DNA from: Saprolegnia diclina VS20
Lineage: Eukaryota
Assembly: GCF_000281045.1 (NCBI RefSeq)
Contig: NW_008246098.1
Location: 1-42,538, forward strand
Length of the DNA: 42,538 nt
Direction: 5' to 3'
In this document: one piece after another, positions 23,264 to 33,794 of the stretch
How positions within the stretch are numbered: the first letter of the stretch is position 1
Layout: every line of letters starts with the position of its first letter
The notes under the pieces: model-generated
The model's input: the letters and a program-made list of their open reading frames with translations, nothing else
The model's database searches: none
Told to the model about the DNA's origin: nothing
Made by a program: the position numbers and the translations under genes

Positions 23264-24478
23264 CTATGCGTCGTGGCCCGGGTACTGCGCAACCCATTTC
23301 GACTTGACCGTGAGTATGCGCCACTCGTTCGTATATGACGACGATGTCTCGCTTTGGCACGACGAGTCCATCATGCTCTTGATTGACGTGCAAATGTGCC
23401 CGCTCTTGGGCTGCCCGCACTGCCGGCACTTGTACTCCTACATTGGCATGAGTGCGAAAACAGAGCTTCATTGAAGACGCACCCGCTTCTCCCGACGCTC
23501 GCTGCCGTCAGTTGTGCTGCTGCTGGGCGAATTGGGCACCGATCGGATATTGACGGCCTCAAAAGTCGAGGATAAACCAGAGCTCAAGGCTGGGCTGGCA
23601 GGCATCGGTGGCTGCATGTGACCCATGTCGCCACCAGTGTACATCATACTCGGGTACAAGTTGAACTAGTGGAATATCGTGAGGGGATATTGTCATGTGC
23701 ATGAGAGTAATACCATTGGGGGAGGCGCCATGGACATGCCCATTTGAAGTGGCGACATCGAACCCATGGCCATCGAGTTGTGGACCGGCGATGTGGGCGG
23801 AAAGCCCATGGTAGCGCCACCCGCGAGAGGCGAACCTGGGAAGAAACCCGGGTTGGGCTGCTGAAGCATCTGCGCAAAGTTGGACGAGAGGTGCGAGAGG
23901 TCAACCGAGTTGTTGTAGACGTGGCGGTGGCCGTGGTTTGGCGGCGCCATAATTGGGAGGAGCTCTGGAATCGGGTTTGGCTCCATGTCGTCTTCTTCCT
24001 GCTTCAGCGGCGTGTACGGAATTGGCTCCGGAATTTCCGTCGGCACGAGAAGCACAGGAGGCATCGAGAGGTCGAGCCCGAGGCCTTTAATCGTTTCAGT
24101 TTTGGGCGCGGGTGTCACAAATGTCGTGGTCGTCGCCGCAGCGCGCGGAGAGTAGAAGTCTTGCATGAAGTCGTCGACCTGGTTGTTTACGGCGGCCATG
24201 TCGATCTTGTCTTCAGGTGGCCGAGGGTAGAAGTCGAGGTTCTGCGATCTCCGCTTTTGGAAGCTGATGCTAGGCTTTCGCTTCAACACATGCGGTCGCG
24301 TAGCGTGCGACTTGGCTTGTGAGGGCGGAGGCGGCTTGACCTCGACGACGATGGGCTCATCGAGGAAGGGGTCATCGTTGTATGAGATGCCACCACCAGA
24401 TATGTCGAGGAGATCCGAGAACGTGAGGTTACTTCCCATCTCATTGAGAGCGTCTGCGCTGGGGCCTGTCGTTGCCAT
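23264..24478 (-). CDS. Low-complexity P/M/S-rich protein with C-terminal CxxCGQPKxGHxC zinc knuckle (paralog B), 3 exons
   Basis: Long first exon, short introns near 23670-23713 and 23438-23481. Last exon EYKCRQCGQPKSGHICTSIK...WRILTVKSKWVAQYPGHDA*. Confidence 0.75.
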
Positions 24479-24994
24479 CGCCACTTCCTGGGAATGGCGA
24501 GAGCAAGAGCGAAATGGTCATCCGGATGTTTGCCTCGAAGGCTTCGGATACAAAGATTGAATCACTTTCGAGGACGCATCCGGATAAATTGGGCCAATCA
24601 GCAGCGAGTCTCAACCCACCCACAACATGCACAACTCGGCAGCCTGAGGAGCCAGGCTGAACGACATTCACGTCGACTACTACATGTATCACGGATAGCA
24701 CCAGGATGCGTCAATGGCATCGCGAGTAATATACCCGCACGATTGTTAGACAGACTTTTGCAACCGTGGGCTGTTGACGGGAGCAGTCTATTGCTCCTCA
24801 GCTGGACGACGTGAATAAACTGATGCAGCGCTTGCGGATCGCAAAGAAAAGCCATACCAGAAGCGACTTGGGTGGCCGACTCGGCACAATAATGATTAAA
24901 TTTGGTGTCTACAGGTTTACTAACTTGGCTGCAACTTTCTCCTTCGATCGGAAACGTTCTACTACACTGCAACGAACGAGTGCATGGGCAACGC

Positions 24995-25636
24995 TCAGCA
25001 CGACCGCGACCGCTTTCCAATGGGCGGTTGCGTTGGCTCGGGGAGGCTGCGCTTCGTGGCTGCGTCTTCTGCGACGAACGGTGACGACGGCGATGTGGTG
25101 CGAACGACTACTGCGTTAAGTTCACACGGAAACCGCTTCGCGTCTTGTGACTTGAGGGGCACGAGCGTCACATGCACAATCGTGCTGAGCGTGTCGCCGT
25201 CCAATACAGCGTCCATGACGTTGGGTGTGCTCAGGAGTGCGTCGGGTAGTACAACCGCTGTGTTGATGCCTCGGATTGCAAAGCTACCGTTAACTTCCTT
25301 TGGGAATTGGTGGCGGCACGTCGGGCAGGTGCTGCGAAGCTCCAGCCAAGGCGCAAGACAGGCTTCGTGGAATATGTGACCGCAAGACGCGCGCACAGCT
25401 ACGCCATTCTCGAGCTTCTGCATGCAGACAGTACAATCGCCGTCCGAAGCGAGTGGTGTGATCTGCTCGAGACGCATCGCTTTTTTGGCGGGCGTACTGT
25501 GCTTGAGGTAGGGCACAATGTAGCGCGTGATAAAGGTGACCCACGCTGGCGTGTGCAGCATCGCGACGATTTCCGAGAGACGTGAGGCTGCCGGCACCGT
25601 GTACTTGAGGCTCATGCGCACGTGCAGCGAGGCCAT
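24995..25636 (-). CDS. RING-H2 E3 ubiquitin ligase (paralog 1), intronless
   Basis: CTVC...CGHIFHEAC..PWL...STCPTCR (C3H2C3). Flanks WVTFITRYIVPYLK and FPCELNA are shared with paralog 2. Confidence 0.85.
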   Translation of the reverse strand: MASLHVRMSLKYTVPAASRLSEIVAMLHTPAWVTFITRYIVPYLKHSTPAKKAMRLEQITPLASDGDCTVCMQKLENGVAVRASCGHIFHEACLAPWLELRSTCPTCRHQFPKEVNGSFAIRGINTAVVLPDALLSTPNVMDAVLDGDTLSTIVHVTLVPLKSQDAKRFPCELNAVVVRTTSPSSPFVAEDAATKRSLPEPTQPPIGKRSRSC

Positions 25637-26547
25637 GTCGTTTGCGAGATACGTTGGAAGACCAAGAATAATGCTACGACAATGGACCCGCGACGAGTGG
25701 AAGCTCACAAGAAAGAAGGCATGCGACATGTGCAACGGCCTGTCTGGCCGGTCTGACTCGTGTCTTTACAAGTGGCATGTATGCTCCCCAGTGTTGCTAC
25801 GGGCAAAGAGTATCTCCACGGTGCTGCTCTTGTTGTTGTTGTAGGGACGGGGTTGGGTGGATCGAAGTGTCGGAGCCAAATTGCCGCTTGCCAGTGGTGC
25901 GTGGACGGAATGTGCGAAATGCCATACCTCGTGCCACTCTGCGCGTCCGGCGCCTGCACCTTGTTTGCTTGTGCGAAGGGACGTCCTTGAGTCCTGTCCT
26001 TGTTTGATGTAAACGTATCGTGCGCGACATGCATTCTATACATTGTGGTCGCCCCAGGCGTGCGTTGGCGTCACCACTGCGTGAGTGTGTACAGTGTAAT
26101 GACTCAGCGTGACAAACGTGAATTTCACATTTCCCACAGTGATTTTGGTTGAAATAAGGAGGTGGGAAACCCAACGTTGATACTTGTATCATTCACAGCG
26201 TTGTGAAGCCTACTGCGAGCCAGCTTTGCGAGCCAAACGCGGGGTTGAGAACGGAATCAAACTAATAGTGCTGGAGATCGTAGAACGAGCAGTCCTTGAA
26301 GCCGCAGGACTCAGACGACGCTCAGTGGGTGTACTGGTGGTTTACGTGAGCACAGATCGAAGTGGGCAAGTACCGGTAAGCTCGTTGGGCACTGTGCTGA
26401 GTGAATATGTCCCGACCGGAGCTCTCGCCTGGGTGCTGTTGGTTGTTCAAGTGAGTCTATTTAGATATAATTTACACTGAACTGTTTTTGGGGGTGGTGG
26501 ACTTTCGATTCAGAGCGTGTTGTGCTAGACGGCAGCAGCGGCAAGGC

Positions 26548-27800
26548 TTAGCCGTGTTGAAGGCGAGGCGTATGGATGGCGCAAGCCGGGACGAAGTGGT
26601 CACGAAGCCAGGCATCGTGGCGCAGGGCGTTCATTATTTGGAAGAGGCACATCGCTTGGGTATTCAGCATCACGATGAAGATGCATCTTGGTCAAGAACG
26701 CGGCGCGGGTGGCGGCCGCTTCACGACGGGGTTGAAGCGCCATAGGACGCGAGTGAAACCGATGTGACCTCTCGTGCGGAAACTCTTCGATGCGACCTCT
26801 CAGATCGAGCGCCAGCCAGTCAAGCAGCAACTGGTGCCGATGGAACAATAGCTAGCTCGCAGTACTCACAAATGTTAATGTCACGCATTTTGGATTTCCC
26901 CGGCTTGTTGGTAACTCGCCCGCCGCCACCGTACACTCAACGGCATCCCCGTTCCACCAGACGGGAGCCTCGGGACACGGTCGTTTCGGGTGAGCCAGAC
27001 AGTGTGCAGCACACAGACGCGTAGGATCGGCCCCATCACGTCGACCGCGCGTCGGCGGTAGCGTTGGGCCGTCACCGGCGGTTCAAACAAGAGTGCGTGC
27101 AGCGTCGTGGGGAGCTCCAGTTCCAGCGCATCGACGAGAGGCCTAAAGACGGGCCAGGCTGCATTGAAAAATTCGCAGCGGAGCAGTAAGTGCTCGTACG
27201 TATTGGGTGCACTGCAGCTCGGGCATCCTTGAGTGTCTTCTCCCAGGAAGTCGAGCCGGGTGCGGACAGCGACAGCGCCCAGCACGATGCGGTACATGAA
27301 GTCCGCGAAGCGCGGCAGGATGTGGTCGGGCTGACGGTACTCTGCGGCAGCGGCCACCGCAGCGGGCATCATGTAGTGATCGTCGGGGAGCTGGAGATAC
27401 CGCGTGGGAAGGAAGCAGGTGGGCGCGGCGTCGCGGCGTCGGTGTCCTGCGCCCCGCAACGTTGCCGTTGCCAGCGGCGTGATCTGGCCAAAATTCGCCA
27501 TTCCGGCGCGGCGTCCACGTCGCGTTCCGGCACTTGGTCGAGGCAGGTAGTGGCTTGCGTCATCGCCTGGAGCCAGACCACCGTGGGTGGGCGTACAGGA
27601 GGCTCCCTATCAGAGCATCGGGCGCGGACCAGACGTGTGAAGGCGTCGAAAGACTGGCTGGCCGCGCGTATGTGCAAGACGTGCGCGAAACCGGCGCGAG
27701 CCAAATTGCGGGCGTATTGCGTCGCGTAACTCGATGTCAAGGGGCGCAGTGCGGCGGCACACGGGAGGAACGCGTTGTGCCACAATGGTTGGTCGTGCCT
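26548..27800 (-). mobile_element. Decayed L1/Tx1-like LINE 3' fragment (zf-RVT region)
   Basis: Frameshifted ORFs with QPLWHNAFLP, CPSC...TYEHLLLRCEF (CCHC), LHTVWLTRNDRV. The ORF appears to resume near 26720 (EAAATRAAFLTKMHLH...LFQIMNALRHDAWL) after an unrelated stretch of about 240 bp. Boundaries approximate. Confidence 0.75.
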
Positions 27801-27945
27801 GGGTACTGTTAGTACTGTCGTCGCAAACCAAGTCGTGCGATTATATACGACAGATGATGTGATACACGACAAACGTTAACATAAATATACTTCAATCGAC
27901 ATATCGGTCGGTTGTGCTACTTGCGACTTGCTTGGTACATGCGGC

Positions 27946-28611
27946 TCAGACGACGCGCGGATGCTTCGTGTTGACAGCGACATCGCCGTTTTTACGCTTT
28001 GCGACGCGGGCTTCTATGTGCTGTGCCAGCGTGCATTGTGGCACAGCGACCGCGTTGAGCTCGCAAGGAAATGACTGTTGCTCCAAAAGATGCGCGACTG
28101 GGACGAGCGACACGTGTACAATGGCCTTGACCGTCTTTCCGCTCAGATCAAATGCCTGCAGGGCCGTGGGGGTGATCGCATCATCGACGTCTTCAACAAT
28201 GAGTGCCGTGTTGATGCCGTGAATCGCATACCGCCCCGAGAACTCGTTCTGGAGCCGATGACGGCAGGTCGGACAAGTGCTGCGCATGCGCAACCAAGCG
28301 TCGATGCAGTTCGCGTGGAAAAGGTGCCCGCACGGCAGCTTCACAGCATCGTTCATAACGCCCATGCAAATGACACACTCGTCGTCGCAAGCGCATCTCA
28401 CGTTTTCGAGGCTGGCGAGGACCTCCTTGTTGACGGGCGTCGACGTTTTGAGATATGGCACGACATACCGAATCATAAAGTTGACCCATGCTGCGCTGCG
28501 GAAAAGACCGAGAACGTCCCGGACCGTCACATCCTCGGGCGCGGGGTATCGCACATTCACGCGCACGTTGAGACCGTTGGGCGGCCCGCTTGCCACGTCC
28601 TTCTTCATCAT
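27946..28611 (-). CDS. RING-H2 E3 ubiquitin ligase (paralog 2), intronless
   Basis: CVICM...LPCGHLFHANCIDAWLRMRSTCPTCR; WVNFMIRYVVPYLK; SFPCELNA. Confidence 0.88.
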   Translation of the reverse strand: MMKKDVASGPPNGLNVRVNVRYPAPEDVTVRDVLGLFRSAAWVNFMIRYVVPYLKTSTPVNKEVLASLENVRCACDDECVICMGVMNDAVKLPCGHLFHANCIDAWLRMRSTCPTCRHRLQNEFSGRYAIHGINTALIVEDVDDAITPTALQAFDLSGKTVKAIVHVSLVPVAHLLEQQSFPCELNAVAVPQCTLAQHIEARVAKRKNGDVAVNTKHPRVV

Positions 28612-29237
28612 GACACTGCAGATCTTAAACTGAAATTTACATGGTTTTGCTTCTCTACTGGAGTTTTGTATGCAGCCCAATCCACCTCGTCGAGAACTTT
28701 TTTACTTTCAGCCGGCTTCGAATTTTGGATCCACTTCCTTTTTGTAAATGAAAAATCGAACGCGTCGCGTGCAGCTGTCGGTCGAGTGGGGCAGGTTCGA
28801 AACGGCATGGTCGCTACCCATGCCCAATACTATAAGTATAGTACAATACCACGCCCCAATGCCGGGCAGCTATGCCGGGCTTGATGCGACAGCATCGACC
28901 AGAACCGACCTCCTTTTTGTGAGGATGCGCATTCCCGGGTGCGCTCTCGTGGCAATTAGAGAGATTTCGGAGCATCTCACCACGGGCGACGTTATCTGCC
29001 GCAGTTAATTTTATTTTCTAGATTGCAGTCGTGTTGCAGAGCATGGCGACTGGGAAAGACCACGGATGAATTGGGATGAATTGCGCTCAAGAGATGAGTT
29101 TTGGGTGAATTCCCCACAGTACTTGTGTATTGAGTGGGGATTGGCGTAAAATGAATTTATATTGACCAATCATTTGCGATGTCGAGAACGCCTCCGCGAT
29201 TGGCACGATTGCTTCGTGGACATTCCTTGCCGCCACC

Positions 29238-29796
29238 ATGTTGCGCTCCATCGCCTGCGGTCTCAGCCGTGCTGCCCGCCCAGCGCGTCGTCACTTCTCG
29301 TCGGACCTCAACTTGCCCGACATCATTATCACGCGGGACGCTGTGAAGGTACATGTACTATCGACGCGCGGTAGGCTAATGCAGCGAAGCAATTGAATAA
29401 GTTAAACGCGACGGCGAACCCGAAGCAGTACCTGCGCGTGGCCGTTGAAGGAGGTGGCTGCTCCGGCTTCCAGTACGTCTTGACTTTGGAGCACGGCACA
29501 CGAGGTACTTTGCTTTATCATATCCCTGCGAGTTGGTTCTCAATTTGCGTGGGTAGAGGAAGACGACCAGGCATTCGAGAAGGATGGCGCCGAGGTTGTC
29601 GTCGACGCCACATCTATGGAGTTTCTCAAAGGCAAGATGCTTCGACTCAGATTACAAGCCTAGCTCAATTACTACACCTCTAGGCAGCACGGTGGATTTC
29701 GTGCAGGAGCTCATTCGCAGCTCGTTCTCTGTCATCAATAACCCGAACGCTGTCAGTGGCTGTGGTTGCGGCACATCGTTCGAACTCAAGGAGTAA
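29238..29796 (+). CDS. ISCA2: Mitochondrial iron-sulfur cluster assembly A-type carrier (ISCA2/Isa2-like); 4 exons, 137 aa
   Basis: Exons 29238-29348, 29390-29504, 29557-29631, 29684-29796. Arg-rich presequence [51 protein letters not shown]. Confidence 0.88.
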
Positions 29797-29847
29797 TAGG
29801 AAGACTGCATTTTTCTGTGTACTACGTAGTAATTGCGTTTGTGCATT

Positions 29848-31595
29848 TTACTCCCAGAGTACCAGACACCCGTTCTTATCACAGGATGCGAGGAGACGAC
29901 CGTCAGGACTCCACATGCAGCTTACAACCGCACCCGTGTGTGTATCCTTGTTCTCGCGCCACACTTTCTGCGAGAGCGCGTCCCAGATAAGCACCGCCCT
30001 AATATTAGTCAGCGTTTGATATGTTCAAAGCGGAAATCGAGCGAGGATTACCCGGACGTACTGCCGGCAGCGAGATACGCTCCATCCGGCGTCAGCGACG
30101 CCTTCGACCAGTTGAAGCCGCAGATGTAGTTTGGAGCGGTGTATGTCCCGAGCTCACCATACGTTCTGGCATCGAGAAGCTTGAGGGCATTGTCGCGGGA
30201 GTTGGTGAGCAGTTTGTAGCCATCCTACATATTGGGACGTTCTGGGGCAGCCATTGATATAGAACGGTACGCTGGCATAGGACACGGACGTAATTTGATC
30301 GCTGTGCACGTCGCTGAGCTCCCGAATGGGTGCCTTTGTGCGGGCATCCCAGAATCGCACGGCGCCGTCTTGGTGCGCACTTGCAAACTGTCCGCCAACG
30401 CCAACGGCTATGTCGTTGCAAGTCGACCTGCACAAGCTGATGTAAGGAACTCTTCAAGTCCCGAGGAACGCACCGGCAGCTAAAGCTTTTAAGGTTCCGG
30501 CCGCTCACAACGTCCCAGACACGAATCGATCGGTCGGCCCCGCCCGTCAAGACTTCGTTGGCTCGATCGAGGAGGAACTCGGCGGCGTAAACTTTTCCCT
30601 AGTATACCCCATGGATTCAATGGTATCGCAAGATGGACGTACTTTGTGTCCAAGCAACGTGTGAGCAATGCGTCCCGTGCCTACGCGCCAAACTTGGCAG
30701 ATGCGATCGCAGCCAGTGCCTACAACGACGTCAAGTGATCACGGTTGCCTCGGGGTCGTGTACCGAGCACGAGCTCGCCGTCCTCAGATACACGGACGCA
30801 GATGAGCGGTTGGGACATGCCAAGACCGCGGTAATCAGCCTTTGCTTGGCACGAGTGGGCGTCCCACGCGCGCACGGTACCATCGCTGCTGGCGGAGAAG
30901 ACGACCTTCCCGGATCCGTTGAAGCAAACGCTGTTGACTTCGGTCGCGTGTGCACGGATGCTTTTTCCATGCTGAAGTGAGACGAGGCTCGAAAGCCCTC
31001 CGCCCGCTGGAAGCTCGTCGCGCCGCATAGCCTCCTGTCGCAAGGGCGCCGGCTTTAGCTCCTACACGCCATCAACGTCACAAAACTGGCTACTAGTATG
31101 TTTCGGAGCGGGCACCGGTTCTTGCAACATGATCTCCGCCATCATCTTGCTTTTCTGGACGAGCACCAACTCGAGCTCGCGCACGCGGCGGCGAAATTCT
31201 TCGGCTTCTTGCTCCGCAAGCTCAGCGCGAACGCGCTGCCGGTTAAGCTCCTCGCTACGCACAACACGTTGAGCTTCGTAGATGGAGGCGAGTGAGGTAT
31301 ACCGTAGTACGTGCATCTCCTTCTCCATCTCTTTGCCCGTTGAATCCATGTCATAGATCTTGCCCTGAAGCTGAAGGAGCTGCTCGTCCTTCAGCGCGAC
31401 CGTCCGTGTTGGCGACGCCAGCGGCACCGCCTGGAGCTGATGTAGCTTCTGGTTTTGCGAGGTGACATACTGCAGCTGCGCCATCATTTGCTGGTACGAT
31501 GCGATAAGAGCTGCGAAAGAGTCTGTCTCGCGCTGGTTGCGCTGGTTCAGGCGTGCCGCCATGGCCGCGAGTCCAGCGCGATCTTCTGATCGCAT
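29848..31595 (-). CDS. ATG16: ATG16L-like autophagy protein (ATG5-binding helix, coiled coil, WD40 propeller), multi-exon
   Basis: N-terminal RLNQRNQRET..F..LIASY; coiled coil; WD repeats (AHATEVNSVCF, TGGADRSIRVWD, CNDI...FASAHQDGAVRFWDAR). C-terminus NWSKASLTPDGAYLAAGS...WSPDGRLLASCDKNGCLVLWE* parallels ATG16L1. Confidence 0.8.
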
Positions 31596-32190
31596 CCTGC
31601 GCACAAAATTGGCTTCCGAAGGAATTGGTGTTCAGGCAAGAAGCTCTAAACGCACCCAAATACGCTGAACACAGACACCAGTCATCGTCGCTATGGCCAT
31701 TTAAAATCGACTATTTTCCAACTGCTTGATGCATTGCATCTGAATTAATGCAAACTATCAAACTTGTACGAGGTGGGTCGCAGTCAGGGTCGCAGCAAGG
31801 GCGCAGAGAAGAAACATGTTGGGTGTATTGAGAATCGCATCTACCCAGTTTCCGGATAAAGTGAGTTACGGCGAGAGCGTCCTCCCGCCGATTGTGCTTG
31901 TGCTGCAACGCCAAATCTCCGCGAGCGTAGAGCTCTGTAGGTATGGTCGTCGCCGTGCCAATTGGGCGTCCCAGTTGTCTTGGCACATTCGTTTTGTTAT
32001 ACCGTCGGACGATGCACGGACGTGGCTGCGTGGTGTCTTCTCTAGGTGGTTGCGTGTGGACGAAACGCGAGAGGCCAACCGCATCTGCACGCCGATGTCG
32101 TTGGGATGCAGCGATTGAGCGCCTATTAATAATTGCAGCCAACATCGTCGATACAATAGGATGCGTCTCTATTGTCAAGTCGCGTTCGCA

Positions 32191-33538
32191 TCATCTCGAG
32201 TAGCGGCTACTGCTTCGTCGGTGCGCTGGCGGTGATTCGCTACGTCGCCGCTTGCGTTCCTTGCTTCGGCGTCGATGGTCCTTGTTCTTGTGCTCCTTCT
32301 TCGGCTTCTTTTCTTTCTTGCGCGCCTTCAGCTCATCTTGCAGCAGATGCAACAGACGCTGTGGGTCAGGGGTTGCTGCTGTTGTCGCCATTTCACTGAG
32401 GCCGCGACCGAGACCACGGAGCTTCTCAGTTGCCATGGCATGGACTGGGTTCAACGAGAGCACCTTCTGCAAATCTGACCGCGCCGCATCCGAATGTTTT
32501 TCGTGCAAATAAAGCAAGGCACGGGCGTAGTATGTTTCGCCGTCGTCTGGATCCATCTCGATCGCAGATGAGTACTCGGCAATGGCTTCAGTAACCTTGC
32601 CGTCGCGCCGCAGTGAGTTTGCTTGCTTTCGCCGGTCGGTAGCCCACATGCGCATCTACGCCTGCTTGCTCATCACACGACGCTGCCCCTCTGGACACTG
32701 ACCTGTTGGACGCTGAGCGACTTGTACGAAAGCGCATCGTCCGAGTAGAGGGGCGGTCGCACAATGTACGAGGTCACAGCCGGGACTTGAAACGTCTGGA
32801 GCATCCCATCAAATGCGTATAGGTTGTGGCGCGTCGGATCCCGAACCAGACTATCGTTGAAGGCAGTCGGGCCGGGTGTGTGCTGTGGTGTGAACGGCGT
32901 CGAAGGAAACGTGAAGCCGCCAAATTTACACCCTGGTGTCCACAGCTACAGTATAGCACAATAGTTTTCGAGACTCAGCAATGAGTCGCGGTACCATGCA
33001 TGCTGCGTCGTCGGGGAACCAAGCTTTCGGCTCATGGATGCAAACAAGTCCTTCCTAGCGCGAAGCGATCAACTATAATGACGATGATCCTCGCAATTAC
33101 CGTTGGATCCACTGCGACTTGTAAGACAATGAGCTGCGCGTCAGCGGCCACGTGCAGCGCGTCTATCCTGGCGAAATGGTGAGTTGGACGCGAAAGAGAA
33201 ACGCAGCCGAACCGCAGTCGCAACGAGAATGGCGCAAGCGCCGAGATGTCGAGGGCTGACCCAGCATACTGCCCGGCGACAAAGGCAATCGCGTGCAGTT
33301 GCACCGATGAAGCTGTCGTGACTTGGCCGCGAAGCCGCAGCGACGCGTGGTGGCGCCGCAACAGTGCGACGAGCGCACGCTCTTGGCTCTCAGTGCAGGC
33401 GTACGTGCCTTGAGAACACGAAGCAAACATGTAGCCGTAGGAGGCGACTGCACGCTTCTCGGATGCCTCGTCCCGCGCCGCTTCCTTCGCCGCGACGGCT
33501 TGGACTGGCAGCCGAAGCGCTGCCCTTATCGCGTCCAT
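32191..33538 (-). CDS. TPR-containing protein with basic K/R/S-rich tail (TTC14-like), multi-exon
   Basis: TPR block ANSLRRDGKVTEAIAEYSSAIEMDPDDGETYYARALLYL...ARSDLQKVLSLNPVH; tail KKEKKPKKEHK..RRRS. N-terminal exons are less certain. Confidence 0.65.
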
Positions 33539-33760
33539 GATGGGTGGTATAAAATAGCGCTTCGTCTACCTCGCTTAGACTATGTGGAATTAAATTCCCA
33601 TGATTTAATTTGACCCCACGTTGTGGTCGTTGGGCTCCGATCGTTTTCTTTGGACGCAATAAAAATATCTCGCAATTGGTAAGGAATCCCAGGAAACTTG
33701 AAGAAATTGAATGGAAATAAAAAACACCACAAGAATCGGCTCGTGGGCACGTACTTGCCT

Positions 33761-33781
33761 GCCATTTTCCCTGCCATTTTC
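33761..33781 (+). promoter_or_regulatory. Oomycete Inr+FPR-like core promoter in the divergent TPR/GlnRS intergenic region
   Basis: GCCATTTTCCCTGCCATTTTC 14-34 nt upstream of ATG 33795. Confidence 0.45.
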
Positions 33782-33794
33782 GAAGGAGGTCAAC

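Noticed and set aside
31711..32178. 155-aa minus-strand ORF between the TPR and ATG16-like genes
   Set aside because: Non-ATG start, no motifs, weak codon bias; probably UTR or intergenic.
33783..33790. Perfect Shine-Dalgarno-like AAGGAGGT 4 nt before the GlnRS ATG
   Set aside because: The gene is intron-rich and eukaryotic with a CAACATGG Kozak-like context; most likely chance.
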